DNA of 64,000 nt from Acidobacteriota bacterium. GTDB lineage: Bacteria; Acidobacteriota; UBA6911; JACQSX01. The notes beneath the pieces are model-generated. The model worked only from the letters and a program-made list of their open reading frames with translations, was not told where the DNA came from and did no database searches. The DNA lies in NCBI GenBank assembly GCA_036507075.1, contig DASXQR010000003.1, positions 43,232-107,231 of the forward strand, given 5' to 3'. How positions within the stretch are numbered: position 1 is the stretch's first letter; every line of letters starts with the position of its first letter. The translations under genes and the position numbers were made by a program. Positions 11,666-22,820 of the stretch are shown here, piece after piece.

Positions 11666-12447
11666 ACCCGAAAGTTCATCCCACTGCTCTGATTGATCCG
11701 GGGGCCCGGCTTGCGCCGGGTGTCAAAATCGGACCGTACTGCGTAGTCGCAAACGACGTGATAATCGGCCCCGGCACTGAGATCGGTCCCCATGTCATCA
11801 TCCACGGTCCGACCGAGATTGGATCGGACTGCCGAATTCATTCACACTGCTCGATCGGCTCGGATGCTCAGGATCTGAAGTTTCGCGGAGAGACGGCCCT
11901 GCTGCGGATCGGGAACAACAATCTCATTCGCGAATTCGTAACCATCAATCGCGGTACTGCCGGCGGCGGCGCCCAGACGGCTTTGGGGGATCACAATTAC
12001 CTGATGACCGGTGTACACGTGGCGCACGACTGCATTCTTGGCAATCATATTATTCTTGCAAATGCCGCTACGCTGGCGGGACACGTGGTGATTCAGGACT
12101 ATGCGACGGTGGGAGCGTTCTCCGGAGTGCATCAATTCTGCCGCGTCGGAACACATGCTTACATCGGCGGATATTCGGTGATCACGCGCGACGCTTTGCC
12201 GTTCATCAAGACTGTAGGGAATCGAAACGAGGCCAAAACCTACGGCATTAACACACTGGGGCTGGAAAGAAGGAATTTCAAAAAGGAGGAGGTCCAGGTG
12301 TTGAAAAAGGCGTATCGGACTCTTGTTCAGTCGAAATTGCAGTTAAAGGAAGCGCTGGATCAATTGCAGGCCCAATTTCCAGATGACCAGAATGTGCAGG
12401 TGCTGATCCGGTTCGCGTCGGAGTCTGATCGGAGCTTTATACGATAA
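11662..12447 (+). CDS. lpxA: Acyl-ACP--UDP-GlcNAc O-acyltransferase LpxA
   Basis: [22 protein letters not shown] start overlapping the fabZ stop. Confidence 0.96.
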   Translation: MNPKVHPTALIDPGARLAPGVKIGPYCVVANDVIIGPGTEIGPHVIIHGPTEIGSDCRIHSHCSIGSDAQDLKFRGETALLRIGNNNLIREFVTINRGTAGGGAQTALGDHNYLMTGVHVAHDCILGNHIILANAATLAGHVVIQDYATVGAFSGVHQFCRVGTHAYIGGYSVITRDALPFIKTVGNRNEAKTYGINTLGLERRNFKKEEVQVLKKAYRTLVQSKLQLKEALDQLQAQFPDDQNVQVLIRFASESDRSFIR

Positions 12448-12451
12448 AGAA

Positions 12452-12572
12452 TGAACCGCAAAGGGCGCCAAGACCGCTAAGGGTTTTAATTTGCACTTAG
12501 GCGAGTCACGGTACGGTGACGCCGCCTGAGATAGATGAAAAGCTTCGCGTTCTTGGCGCTCTTCGCGGTTCA
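12452..12572. repeat. 9-mer inverted-repeat element (AACGCCAAG family)
   Basis: tgaaccgcaaagggcgccaagaccgctaag ... cttcgcgttcttggcgctcttcgcggttca. Confidence 0.85.
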
Positions 12573-12595
12573 GCGTTTTGGGCGGGTCAACTTTC

Positions 12596-13405
12596 ATGGA
12601 TCGTTATGGACTAATCGCCGGAAACGGCAAATTCCCTTTTCTGGTTCTTGAGGCGGCGCGTTCCCGCAATATTTCCATGGTCGTTGCCGCTGTCAAGGAC
12701 GAAGCTTCGCCGCAGATAGACGACGCGGCCGAGACCGTCTGCTGGATGGGAATCGGCCAGCTCGGCAAACTGATTGATTACTTCAAACGTGAAGGCGTCC
12801 GCAAAGCGCTGATGGCGGGACAAGTCAAGCACGTGCAGATATTCGGCAGCGCCACGCCCGATTGGCGCATGATTCGCATGCTGGCCAGGCTTCCACGAAA
12901 GAATACGGACACGCTTATCGGAGCGGTGGCTGAGGAACTGGGTCGTGAAGGCATCGAGCTTGTGGACTCCACGGCGTTCCTCGAGCCGCTGCTGGCGCCC
13001 GCCGGATTGATTGCAGGACCTGAGCCGAGCGGGCAGAAGAAAAAGGACATTGCCTACGGGCATGCCGTTGCAAGGGAGGTTGCCAGGCTCGATATCGGGC
13101 AGACGATTGTCGTGAAGGATCAGGCGGTGGTGGCGGTTGAGGCGATGGAGGGAACCGATGCGGTTATCCGACGCGCCGCGGAATTGTGCGGCGGCGACTT
13201 CTGCGTGATCAAAGTCGCCAAGCCGGGTCAGGATATGCGCTTTGATGTGCCAGTCGTGGGAGTGGGAACCATCGATACAATGATTGCGGCTCGCGCAGCC
13301 TTGCTTGTAATGGACGCGCGCAAAACACTGTTGCTCGATCGCGAGATTATTTCCGAGCGGGCCAACCGGCATGGAATAACCATTCTGGGAGCAGAACCTG
13401 AATGA
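12596..13405 (+). CDS. lpxI: UDP-2,3-diacylglucosamine pyrophosphatase LpxI
   Basis: GLIAGNGKFP, DIGQT, EAMEGTD, KPGQDMRFDVP. Confidence 0.92.
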   Translation: MDRYGLIAGNGKFPFLVLEAARSRNISMVVAAVKDEASPQIDDAAETVCWMGIGQLGKLIDYFKREGVRKALMAGQVKHVQIFGSATPDWRMIRMLARLPRKNTDTLIGAVAEELGREGIELVDSTAFLEPLLAPAGLIAGPEPSGQKKKDIAYGHAVAREVARLDIGQTIVVKDQAVVAVEAMEGTDAVIRRAAELCGGDFCVIKVAKPGQDMRFDVPVVGVGTIDTMIAARAALLVMDARKTLLLDREIISERANRHGITILGAEPE

Positions 13406-14391
13406 TTTCGCTGGCGGTGATCGGCGTTGGCGCTCTGGGTGAGCATCATGCCCGTCACCTTGCTTCCTTGCCCAACGCTCGCCTTGCAGCCGTGGTCGAC
13501 ATCCAACCACAGCGCGCAAACCAGGTAGCGCAGAGTCTCGGCGTGGAAGCAGCGACCGATTATCGCGTCCTGCTCGATCGCGTCCAGGCCGTGAGTCTCG
13601 CCGCTCCCACACGCCACCACGCCGACATCGCCGTCGATCTGCTGCGGCGCGGAATTCACGTGATGGTGGAAAAACCGATGGCGGATTCCTTGGCGCAGGC
13701 GGATCGCATGGTTGAGGCGGCCGCGCAAGGAGGCGCAATTCTTCAGGTCGGGCACTCGGAGCGCTTCAATCCCGCGCTGCGGGCCGTCCGGCCCTATGTC
13801 AAAGATCCACGTTTCTTTGAGGCGCATCGCCTGGGAATTTTTGCGCGGCGCAGCCTGGACATCGACGTTGTGCTCGATCTGATGATTCATGACCTGGATA
13901 TCATCCGCTCGCTGGTTGACTCCCCCGTCCGGTCGGTGCATGCGGTCGGTATTCCTATTCTCAGCTCCCGCATCGACATCGCCAATGCGCGGCTCGAATT
14001 TGAAAACGGATGCGTCGCCAATGTCACCGCCAGCCGGGTTTCCAGCGAGAAGGTAAGGAAGCTCCGTTTCTTTCAACCGCATGATTATGCCAGCGTTGAT
14101 TTCGCTGAACAGAAAGTTTCCTTTTACAGTCTCATGGAGAAGGAGGGTCAGAGGGCGATTGTGGATCGCAGGATTCAAGTGGTTACTGATGAGCCTCTGC
14201 GGCTGGAACTGGCGGCATTTGTGGATGTGGTTCAAAACGGCACACAACCCGAATGCGGTGGCAGAGAAGGTCGTGCTGCCCTGGAACTGGGACTGATGGT
14301 GGTAGAGGCGATGAAGACCCATTCGAATGCGGATTTCGGAATGCGGAATGGGCCCTCGAATGGGGAATGCGGAATGCGGAATGCGGAATAG
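13402..14391 (+). CDS. Gfo/Idh/MocA family oxidoreductase (GnnA-like by context)
   Basis: GVGALG Rossmann motif, VEKP, GHSERFNP, DLMIHD; last ~20 aa are repeat-encoded. Confidence 0.85.
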   Translation: MISLAVIGVGALGEHHARHLASLPNARLAAVVDIQPQRANQVAQSLGVEAATDYRVLLDRVQAVSLAAPTRHHADIAVDLLRRGIHVMVEKPMADSLAQADRMVEAAAQGGAILQVGHSERFNPALRAVRPYVKDPRFFEAHRLGIFARRSLDIDVVLDLMIHDLDIIRSLVDSPVRSVHAVGIPILSSRIDIANARLEFENGCVANVTASRVSSEKVRKLRFFQPHDYASVDFAEQKVSFYSLMEKEGQRAIVDRRIQVVTDEPLRLELAAFVDVVQNGTQPECGGREGRAALELGLMVVEAMKTHSNADFGMRNGPSNGECGMRNAE

Positions 14392-14465
14392 AAAGGTGAT
14401 TGGTTCCGGTTGCGAAGAGTTGAACAGAATATATTCCGCATTCCGCATTCCGAATTCCGCATTTG
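14325..14465. repeat. Heptamer inverted-repeat element (GAATGCG family) overlapping the gene 3' end
   Basis: ggaatgcggaatgcggaatgcggaata ... tattccgcattccgcattccgaattccgcatt. Confidence 0.85.
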
Positions 14466-14550
14466 GAAGTCGAATCTTCAACGAATCCTAAGGCAAACGT
14501 TGTAAAATGGCTCCTGGACGTGAGATCCGGTCGCTGAAGGAATACCAGAT

Positions 14551-16977
14551 TTGAAGGGATCGATTCAGTGCAGAGTCGCTGTCCGGAGCGCACTTGATGC
14601 GTTCGGCCGGAGGCGACTTCATTTTTTTCACCACCAAGGCACCAAGCCACTCCCTTTCATTCCCTTTCATTGCCGGGCTTTACTCCTGTCGCTTCTGCTG
14701 TCGCTCGCGCTGTCGGCATGCGGGGGAAAGAAAACCCGAATTCAGGCCCCCACGCCGGCGCCGTCTACCACTCAAACTTCAACCCGGGGGGAAACTCCGC
14801 CCGCCTCAACTGCAGGCAAGACACCTGATTCCAAGCGCACGCAGCCGCCCCGGGACCAGCGCGCCGGGAATCTGCCCCCGGCTGCGCGACCTCGAGATCA
14901 ACTGCCTTATCCGGCAATTCCTCCAGCGGCGCGCCCCGGCGGCCCCATTTTCCTGCGCGTAGCTCTGGACGTCGACCAGGCGGCTGTAGCTTTCAACGCG
15001 CCTGCGGAAACCGAACTTTGGGACCAGGAGAAACGGCTGGGCAGCATCACAGGACAGGCCGAGGTTTTGATTCCGGTGATGGGTGCCGTTCCGGAAAAGT
15101 TCTGGGTGCAGGTAGCCGCACCGGACACGGAAGATGAGGCGGATTCGGTCCTTAGTGATTTCAGAAGGAAAGGCTACTCCGGTTTATCACGCTGGAATGA
15201 AAGGCTGCAACGCTACCAGATAAGACTGGGACCTTATCAAAGCCGCAGCCGCGCCGAACAGGTTCGTTCGCAGACTACGCCGGACGCGTTCATCGTATCC
15301 GAATCGATGGAAACTTCCAGCACAGCCAGCCTGCAGTCCGAGTCAGACCAGTGGTACGGCGCGCGCTTCCAGTTGCGACCGGCAGAGGGACGGCTGCTGC
15401 GCTTTAAAGGGCGCAGTTATCGTGGGTGGTTCGAAGTTTTTGTAAATCGCAAAGGAAGTCTCACACTGGTTAATGTGGTCGAGCTGGAAGATTATCTGCG
15501 AGGCGTCGTTCCCAATGAACTGAGCCCCTATTTGTTTCCCCAGGTTGAGGCTTTGAAAGCGCAGGCGATAGCGGCCCGCACCTATGCGCTGCGCAACCGT
15601 GGGCAATTTGGCGCGGATGGTTTCGATCTTTTTTCCACAATCCGTTCTCAGGTATACGGAGGCCGTGAAAGCGAGCGGCCGCTCAGCGATGAAGCCATCC
15701 AACTGACTCAAGGATTGATCGCCACTTATCAGGGCCAGCCCATTGAAGCTCTTTATTCGGCCACCTGTGGAGGACACACAGAAGATTCATCAAATGTCTT
15801 TTCATCCAGGGAAGTTCCTTACCTGAAGGGCGTTCCCTGCATGGGTGAGCAGTTGGCGGAAGAAGGCGGCGAGGGTCTCACAATTCCGGCGGAACTCACC
15901 GTGGATTTCAGTCTCGGTTTGGTGTCTCTCAGCGGCATCGATCTGTTTGCTGAAGAAATCGAATACTCGCGGCGCATTTCCGCAGCCGAAATGCAGTCCT
16001 GGACGCGCCGCAGCGCCATGCTGGCCGGTCTGTCGGCGCCGGCGCTTTCCAGCACCGACGTGGAAGGATTTTTCTTGTGGCTCAGCAGGACAGCCGGCGC
16101 AAGTGAAGCGGAGGCGCGTTATACACCGCGTGATGCCTCCCTGGCATTGAAGGATTTTGAAGATCTGGACCTTCTCGACCTGAGACTGAGGCCGCACGTG
16201 GCCTGGCTGCTGGAAAAAGGAATTCTTCAGGCGGAAGGAAAGCGGCTCATTCCAGTGCTTCCTTTGCGAAGAGGTTACGTCTTGCAGGCGTTGGGCCGAA
16301 TGCTGCAGCTTTATCAGCAGCATTTCGTGCGCCAGGGAAGGATTACCAAACTGGCAGATGGATCCGTTCAGATTGCCGAGTCTCAGAATGCGGGCAGCTA
16401 TTCATTCTTGCCTTCGCTGCTTTTGTATCGGCGAGACGGCCGCTCCTTGTCGCCGCTGAGCAGCCTTCGTCTTCAGGGCGGCGAACCGGTCTGGTTCTTT
16501 GCCGATGACCAGGGCTTGAAGCTCCTGATGGTAGAAAACGGAAAGGGGCCGGCCGCAGGCGCGCTCGCACCTTCGGCAACCTGGGAGTATCGCATCTCAC
16601 GCGCCGATCTCTCCAAGCGCATCAACTCGCTGCTGCCGGTCGGGCCGGTGCGGGATATCGAACCAGTCTCCTACGGCGTATCCGGAAGAGTCCTCAAGCT
16701 GCGTGTAGCCAGCAGCCGCGGCGAGACGGTCCTGTCGGGAGCACGCCTGCGCACCGCGCTCGGTCTGCGCGACACTCTCTTCACGCTCGAGAGATCATTA
16801 AACGATGACGGCGTGGTTGAACGATTCATCTTTCGCGGACGCGGCTGGGGACACGGAGTGGGGCTTTGCCAGATTGGATCTGTCGGTTTGGCCCGCCAGG
16901 GAAAGAACTTTGTGGAAATCCTCAAAAGCTACTACTCGGGAATCGAGATCGAACCGATTGCTGTAGAAGGAAAATAA
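14551..16977 (+). CDS. SpoIID/LytB-domain lipoprotein with SPOR domain
   Basis: Lipobox LSAC, SPOR-like WVQVAA..YQIRLGPY, EDYLRGVVPNE, EALKAQAIAARTYA, GWGHGVGLCQ. Confidence 0.88.
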   Translation: MKGSIQCRVAVRSALDAFGRRRLHFFHHQGTKPLPFIPFHCRALLLSLLLSLALSACGGKKTRIQAPTPAPSTTQTSTRGETPPASTAGKTPDSKRTQPPRDQRAGNLPPAARPRDQLPYPAIPPAARPGGPIFLRVALDVDQAAVAFNAPAETELWDQEKRLGSITGQAEVLIPVMGAVPEKFWVQVAAPDTEDEADSVLSDFRRKGYSGLSRWNERLQRYQIRLGPYQSRSRAEQVRSQTTPDAFIVSESMETSSTASLQSESDQWYGARFQLRPAEGRLLRFKGRSYRGWFEVFVNRKGSLTLVNVVELEDYLRGVVPNELSPYLFPQVEALKAQAIAARTYALRNRGQFGADGFDLFSTIRSQVYGGRESERPLSDEAIQLTQGLIATYQGQPIEALYSATCGGHTEDSSNVFSSREVPYLKGVPCMGEQLAEEGGEGLTIPAELTVDFSLGLVSLSGIDLFAEEIEYSRRISAAEMQSWTRRSAMLAGLSAPALSSTDVEGFFLWLSRTAGASEAEARYTPRDASLALKDFEDLDLLDLRLRPHVAWLLEKGILQAEGKRLIPVLPLRRGYVLQALGRMLQLYQQHFVRQGRITKLADGSVQIAESQNAGSYSFLPSLLLYRRDGRSLSPLSSLRLQGGEPVWFFADDQGLKLLMVENGKGPAAGALAPSATWEYRISRADLSKRINSLLPVGPVRDIEPVSYGVSGRVLKLRVASSRGETVLSGARLRTALGLRDTLFTLERSLNDDGVVERFIFRGRGWGHGVGLCQIGSVGLARQGKNFVEILKSYYSGIEIEPIAVEGK

Positions 16978-17112
<135 letters not shown>

Positions 17113-18057
17113 TTGCTACACAAAAGCCAAACCAAGCCCGCTCTCATCTCCATTGTCGGTCCCACAGCCTCGGGAAAGTCGTCGTTGGCCCTGGAAATCG
17201 CCAAACATGTCGGTGGTGAGATCATCAGTTGCGACTCGCTGCAGGTGTATCGCGACTTGACGGTAGGAACGGGGAAGCCTTCGGTCGCCGAGCTGTCGCG
17301 TGTGAAACATCACCTGATCGGGATCCTGAAATTGGACGAGATTTTTTCCGCCGGCGATATGCAGCAGCGCGGCCGGGGCGTGATCGAAGAACTGGCGGCA
17401 AGAGGAGTTCCAGCGGTCGTCGCGGGTGGAACCGGCTTCTACTACCGCGCTCTGCTGTATGGTTTGTCGTCCGCGCCGGCCCGGTCGCAAGCGTTGCGCC
17501 GGCGCCTCCAACACATCGCGACGCGCAGGGGTGGTGACTTTCTGGTTCGCATGCTCGAGCGCGTCGATCCGCAAAGCGCCGCCCGCATCATGCCGCGTGA
17601 TCGAATGCGAATCGTGCGGGCGCTGGAGGTATTTTTCGCCAGTGGAATCCCGTTTTCCCGCTTCGCCGGCGGGCAAGACCAATGGCTGGATCAGTTTTGC
17701 TGGATCGGCTTGGGGCTGAATCCGGATCGAAAATCTCTTTATGATAAGATCAACTGTCGCGTGGAGCGGATGTTGCGCGGAGGCTGGCTGGAAGAGGTAA
17801 GCGATCTACTGGCGCAGGGAGCAAATCCGGAATGGAAGGCCTTTGAGGCGATCGGCTACCGGCAGGTGGTTGATTATCTGCGCCAGGGGGGCGATATCGA
17901 CGCTCTGGTGGAGCTCATCCGGCAGCAGACCCGCAATTACGCCAAGCGTCAGTGGACCTGGTTTCGCAGAGAGCCCGGGATCCGTTGGCTGCCCGGATTT
18001 GGAGAACAGCCCGAAATCATCGCGACAGCTCTAGAACACATTGACAGGTCACGTTGA
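17113..18057 (+). CDS. miaA: tRNA dimethylallyltransferase MiaA
   Basis: GPTASGKS, DSLQVYR, GGTGFY, TRNYAKRQWTWFR. Confidence 0.95.
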   Translation: MLHKSQTKPALISIVGPTASGKSSLALEIAKHVGGEIISCDSLQVYRDLTVGTGKPSVAELSRVKHHLIGILKLDEIFSAGDMQQRGRGVIEELAARGVPAVVAGGTGFYYRALLYGLSSAPARSQALRRRLQHIATRRGGDFLVRMLERVDPQSAARIMPRDRMRIVRALEVFFASGIPFSRFAGGQDQWLDQFCWIGLGLNPDRKSLYDKINCRVERMLRGGWLEEVSDLLAQGANPEWKAFEAIGYRQVVDYLRQGGDIDALVELIRQQTRNYAKRQWTWFRREPGIRWLPGFGEQPEIIATALEHIDRSR

Positions 18058-18059
18058 AG

Positions 18060-18270
18060 AGTTCACGAGTTACGGGTTTACGGGTTTGCGAGTTACGGGT
18101 TGCGGGTTTACGGGTTGCGGTTAGCTTGTTGACTTTATTAATATTCGGAGCCCGCTTGTGGCGATACTGAACCTAAACCCGTAACTCGCAAACTCGTAAC
18201 CCGCAAACTCGTAACCCGTAAACTCGTAAACCCGTAACTCGTAAACCCGTAACTCGTAAACCCGCAACGC
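18060..18270. repeat. Hepta/octamer inverted-repeat element (GGGTTAC / GTAACCC family)
   Basis: cgagttacgggtttacgggtttgcgag ... cccgtaactcgcaaactcgtaacccg. Confidence 0.88.
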
Positions 18271-18273
18271 AAG

Positions 18274-19737
18274 ATGGTTGACTTTGAGCCCGTTATTGGT
18301 TTGGAGGTTCACGCCCAACTGCTTACGCAGTCGAAAATTTTTTGCGGCTGCAGCACGCGATTCGGCGGCGAACCAAATACTCGCACCTGTCCGGTGTGCC
18401 TGGGGCTCCCTGGCGCGCTTCCGGTGTTGAATCGCGAAGCCGTCACCATGTCCATCAAGACAGCGCTCGCTTTGAATTGCCGTCTCAATCAGCGATCCGT
18501 GTTCGCGCGCAAGAACTATTTTTATCCCGACCTTCCGAAGGGATACCAGATTTCCCAGTTTGATCTACCCCTGGCCGAGGACGGATGCGTCGAATTGCTC
18601 ACCGGGGAGAGATCGGAAGCCGGAAACATCGTAAATTACAAGAAGAAAAAATTCGGCATTATCCGTCTTCACCTGGAAGAAGACGCGGGAAAATCGATTC
18701 ACGACGCAGGCGATACCACTTACGTTAATCTCAATCGCAGCGGCGTTCCGTTGATCGAAATTGTTTCCCGGCCGGACTTCCGTTCTTCTCAGGAAGCATA
18801 CGATTACGTCAGTTACCTGCGCCGCGTCCTTCTTTATCTTGGTGTAAGCGATGGCAACATGGAGGAAGGGAGCCTTCGCTGCGACGCAAACGTCTCGGTA
18901 AGACCGAAAGGCCGGGAAAAATTCGGGACTAAAACCGAGATCAAGAATTTGAACTCGTTCCGCTTTCTGCAAAAGGCGCTTGATTACGAGATCAAGCGGC
19001 AGGTTAGCGAAATCGAGGCCGGCAGGGACATTTCGCAGGAGACGCGCCTGTGGGACCCGGATCGCGAACAGACATTCGTGATGCGCTCGAAGGAGGAAGC
19101 TCATGATTATCGTTATTTTCCCGAGCCGGACCTTCCCCCGCTGGAGGTCTCCGATGATTGGCTGCAGGAGGCCAGGAACTCGATTCTTGAATTGCCGGAG
19201 GCAAAAAGAGAGCGTTTTTGCGCCCGTTTCGGCTTGAGTGATGTGGATGCTCTGCTGATCTGCTCGTCCAGGGAATCTGCCGATTATTACGAAAAAGCAG
19301 CCGTCAGGAGCAAGAATCCTGGTGGAGTGGCCCGCTGGTTCATCGGAGATTTTTCCGCTCTGTTGAAGCGCGACGGCGGCGATCTCTCGCAAGTTAAGAT
19401 TCGACCCGAGCACCTGGCTGAAATGGTCGAGATGATTGATTCGGGCGAGATAAGTGGAAAGATCGCGAAACAGATTTTCGAGGAGATCTGGTCGACGGGG
19501 GAATCCCCTCAGGATGCGGCACGCCGGCTGGGTATGCGCCAGATCAGCGACAGCGCGGCGCTCGGCCAGATCGTGGAATCCGTAATTGCATCCAATCCCG
19601 GGCAGGTTGCAGACTATCGAGCCGGCAAGACAAAGCTGCTGGCATTCTTCGTCGGCCAGGTGATGAAGGAAACCAGGGGCCAGGCGAACCCGCACTTGTT
19701 AAACGAGCTGCTGAGGAGAAAACTGGGGCAAGTCTAG
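18274..19737 (+). CDS. gatB: Asp/Glu-tRNA amidotransferase subunit B
   Basis: [41 protein letters not shown]. Confidence 0.97.
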   Translation: MVDFEPVIGLEVHAQLLTQSKIFCGCSTRFGGEPNTRTCPVCLGLPGALPVLNREAVTMSIKTALALNCRLNQRSVFARKNYFYPDLPKGYQISQFDLPLAEDGCVELLTGERSEAGNIVNYKKKKFGIIRLHLEEDAGKSIHDAGDTTYVNLNRSGVPLIEIVSRPDFRSSQEAYDYVSYLRRVLLYLGVSDGNMEEGSLRCDANVSVRPKGREKFGTKTEIKNLNSFRFLQKALDYEIKRQVSEIEAGRDISQETRLWDPDREQTFVMRSKEEAHDYRYFPEPDLPPLEVSDDWLQEARNSILELPEAKRERFCARFGLSDVDALLICSSRESADYYEKAAVRSKNPGGVARWFIGDFSALLKRDGGDLSQVKIRPEHLAEMVEMIDSGEISGKIAKQIFEEIWSTGESPQDAARRLGMRQISDSAALGQIVESVIASNPGQVADYRAGKTKLLAFFVGQVMKETRGQANPHLLNELLRRKLGQV

Positions 19738-19867
19738 AAGGCGGCGGAAGGCTGGAGGCAGGAAGCAGGAGGCAGGAGGCGGAAGGCAGGAAGCAGGAGG
19801 CGGAAGGCAGGACGCAGGAGGCAGGAAGCAGGAGACTGCCTCCTGCCTCCTGCCTTCCGCTTTCCGC
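19737..19867. repeat. Heptamer inverted-repeat element (GGCAGGA family)
   Basis: Long ggcaggaagcaggagg left arm; short ctgcctcctgcctcctgccttccgc right arm. Confidence 0.88.
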
Positions 19868-19945
19868 GTTGTCTTTACCGGTGATTGTCTCTAAAATACG
19901 CGCGTAACCGGGGCCCGTTCACTTAACCAATAGCTAAGGAGAACC

Positions 19946-20335
19946 ATGAGCAATCCAAACTACACACCTCCGCCGCCCACTCCGCCGCCCACTACGAATC
20001 CGCCTTCGAGCGGCGACTCGAACCGTGCCATAATGGTCGTGCTCAGTTATCTTTGGCTGCTTGCGCTGATCCCGTTGCTCGTGGAAAAGAACGACAACGA
20101 GGTGCGGTGGCATGCCAAAAATGGCTTGGTGCTGACCGCAGCGGAATTCATTGTGTGGATCGTGCTGACGGTGGTCAGCGCCGTAGTACCCGTTCTTGGG
20201 GCGCTGGCAGGCTGTGCGGTGATGCCATTTGTCTGGCTGGGCTTCCTTATTCTCCATATCGTCGCTATGGTGAAGGGATTACAGGGAGGCCGTTTCTATA
20301 TTCCAGGCCTTTCCCAGTATGCGGACAAGTTTTAA
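19946..20335 (+). CDS. DUF4870-like small membrane protein
   Basis: Pro-rich N-terminus, LSYL..EVRWHAK motif, three TM helices; AAGGAG SD. Confidence 0.7.
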   Translation: MSNPNYTPPPPTPPPTTNPPSSGDSNRAIMVVLSYLWLLALIPLLVEKNDNEVRWHAKNGLVLTAAEFIVWIVLTVVSAVVPVLGALAGCAVMPFVWLGFLILHIVAMVKGLQGGRFYIPGLSQYADKF

Positions 20336-20657
20336 GCTGGTATTTCTGCTGTTTTTAACCGCTGTTCTGGCGGTTCATTCGGGCCTGGCTCTGAGGACGG
20401 AATTGGCAGGTTTCCGCCTCTACCAGGCCACTCTCTCGCCTGTTTTTGCGAAGACGGGAGTGATCCACTGTCGTTTTCAGCCGACCTGTTCGGCTTACGC
20501 CGACCGTGTGCTCAGAGCCAACGGTTTCTACAAGGGAAACGTCGAAATCGCGCGACGACTGGCAGCCTGTTCCCCAGCCGGTTATCTTTACGAAAAAATC
20601 ACCACAAAGGCACAAAGGACACAAAGAATATTCGTGTTCTTCGTGCCTTTGTGGTGA
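20319..20657 (+). CDS. yidD: Membrane protein insertion efficiency factor YidD-like
   Basis: YQATLSP..CRFQPTCSAY..RLAACSP motif. Confidence 0.72.
   Translation: MRTSFKLVFLLFLTAVLAVHSGLALRTELAGFRLYQATLSPVFAKTGVIHCRFQPTCSAYADRVLRANGFYKGNVEIARRLAACSPAGYLYEKITTKAQRTQRIFVFFVPLW
20599..20657. repeat. 9-mer inverted-repeat element (ACACAAAGG family)
   Basis: tcaccacaaaggcacaaaggacacaaag ... ttcgtgttcttcgtgcctttgtggtga. Confidence 0.85.
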
Positions 20658-20863
20658 TTTTCCCCCTTTCTAAGGACAAGGCCTCGTCGCTCCTCTCGGA
20701 ACGTCAAAAAACTGTCGCTTCTGACGCTTCGAAATACTTCTTTTCTAAGAAGTTACAGGGCTCACAGAACCCATCAACTATAATTTTTTGCTGTAAACCG
20801 GTTTGAGCTCTGTGCGTCTATACAGCACGTTGAGTGTTTGTTGAGCAATAGGAGGTTGCTGAC

Positions 20864-22813
20864 ATGCCTTCCAAATCAAAATTTACCGTCCTTCTGGTAA
20901 TCATTTGTGCCGTCCTGTGGCTGACTGTGGAAGCTTTGCCGCGCGAGGGACGATCTACCGATGAGCGCCCTGTGACGAATGTGAACGTGGCGGATTGCAG
21001 TTACTATCCTGGGCACGAGCGATTGTATGTAGCCAATCCGAAGAAGGAACGGGAAGAGATCGCTTTCAGGCTGCGCCAGGTGTCCTCTTCGCTGCCGCAA
21101 ACGGGCTCCTTTTCTGCGCCGGCGCCCAAGAATTACATCGATACCTGGGTTTTCGACAAGATGGCCCGCGATAATGTCAGCTCGGCTAATCTCACCGGCG
21201 ATGCTGAGTTTCTGCGACGCGTCTACCTGGATGCCACCGGTCGCATTCCCACGCAGGAAGCCCTGATCAATTTCTTGAACGACACAACGGGCGATAAGCG
21301 CGAGAAGATGGTCGACTCGCTTTTGGGCACCCCCGAATATGCCGATCGCTGGGCCAATTTTTTTGGAGATTTGATCCAGGTCGTGATCAACTCCACGCAG
21401 ATCAACCTCTATCCGGAAGCACGCAACGCTTTTCATAATTTCATCCGCACCTCTATTGGTGAGAACAAACCTTACGACCAGTTTGCGCGCGAGCTTATCA
21501 ATGGCTCCGGAGTCAACCGCACCAACGGCGCGGCCAATTTCTTTGTCCGCTGGCGGCAGCAGAATGCGGGGCGCGTGCTGCAGGATACTTATGACAACCT
21601 TGCAGCGGCAGTAGGCAAGGATTTTCTGGGGATGAGTCTGGAGTGCATCTCCTGCCACGACGGCGCGGGACATACCAACACGATTAACCTCTACCTGTCC
21701 GATGAGACCCGCTACGACCTGTGGGAACTGGCTGCCTTCTTTTCCAAGACTGAAATGGCCAGCCCCTATGTGGTAGGGAACCAGGTGGTAGGCTACACGG
21801 TTCAGGATCGAAACACCCTTCCCGGCTATATCCTGAACACCACCACCGGCAACAAAACGCCGCGCGTGGGCACCACTCCGAATGAAATTGTGCCTGCAAG
21901 ATATCTGGTGGACAGCTCACCCAATGACAACAAAGGCCCGAATGCGGGCGAAAGCAATCGTGCCGCCCTGGCGCGCATGGTGACCGCCGACCACCAGTTT
22001 GCGCGGGCCACGGTGAATTATCTCTGGAAGGAATTGTTCGGGCTGGGAATCGTGGAGCCCGCCGAGAACTTTGACTTGAAGCGGATCAGCGCCAAGACCG
22101 AGCTTCCTGAGGGGTGGACCTTGCAGGCCACCCATCCGGAATTGCTCGAGGCATTGGCAAACGATTTTGAAGCTCACAAGTATGACCTCAAATACATGAT
22201 CGGCACGATCATGAAATCGGCGGCTTATCAACTTTCTTCTTCTTATTCGGGGGAATGGTCGGACGCGTACATTCCCTATTTTGCGCGCAAGTTCCCGCGC
22301 CGGCTCAAAGGAGAAGAGATTCACGACATCGTCGTTCAGGCCACTAACGTGCCGCCTAATCCTGCCTACCAGGTGCCGGCCGCCTATGCCGCTCCGGGGA
22401 CTCAGGGCACATTTGTGACCTACAGTTGGGCCATGCAGTTGCCCGACCCGACTGAGCCTCGGACGGCTGCCAGGGTCTTCATGGATGCCTTCGTCCGCGG
22501 GAATCGAGATGATCGTCCGCGCTCGGACGAGGGCTCGATCACTCAGGCTCTAACGCTGTTGAACAACACCTTTGTTACCACCCGCGTGAGGTCGTCGAAT
22601 GCAAACAGCACCGTGGGGAAGTTGTTTGCCAACAAAAGCCTCACGCCTTCGGATGCAGTCAACCAGCTTTATCTGACAACGCTGTCCCGTTATCCGACTG
22701 CGACTGAACTGAGCACAGCGATTGCGTATCTGGGAGCCCAGATCACCAGTTCAAAGTTGGAGGACTTGCAATTCGCGCTGGTCAACAAGGTGGACTTTAT
22801 TTTCAACTACTGA
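20864..22813 (+). CDS. DUF1549/DUF1553 (PSD1-like) exported protein with CxxCH
   Basis: NYIDTWV, EFLRRVYLD..GRIPT, CISCHD, THPELLEALA; AGGAGG SD. Confidence 0.85.
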   Translation: MPSKSKFTVLLVIICAVLWLTVEALPREGRSTDERPVTNVNVADCSYYPGHERLYVANPKKEREEIAFRLRQVSSSLPQTGSFSAPAPKNYIDTWVFDKMARDNVSSANLTGDAEFLRRVYLDATGRIPTQEALINFLNDTTGDKREKMVDSLLGTPEYADRWANFFGDLIQVVINSTQINLYPEARNAFHNFIRTSIGENKPYDQFARELINGSGVNRTNGAANFFVRWRQQNAGRVLQDTYDNLAAAVGKDFLGMSLECISCHDGAGHTNTINLYLSDETRYDLWELAAFFSKTEMASPYVVGNQVVGYTVQDRNTLPGYILNTTTGNKTPRVGTTPNEIVPARYLVDSSPNDNKGPNAGESNRAALARMVTADHQFARATVNYLWKELFGLGIVEPAENFDLKRISAKTELPEGWTLQATHPELLEALANDFEAHKYDLKYMIGTIMKSAAYQLSSSYSGEWSDAYIPYFARKFPRRLKGEEIHDIVVQATNVPPNPAYQVPAAYAAPGTQGTFVTYSWAMQLPDPTEPRTAARVFMDAFVRGNRDDRPRSDEGSITQALTLLNNTFVTTRVRSSNANSTVGKLFANKSLTPSDAVNQLYLTTLSRYPTATELSTAIAYLGAQITSSKLEDLQFALVNKVDFIFNY

Positions 22814-22820
22814 AGATTCG

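Noticed and set aside
18274..19737. gatB without adjacent gatCA
   Set aside because: Split gatCAB organisation occurs in many bacteria; not informative from this window.
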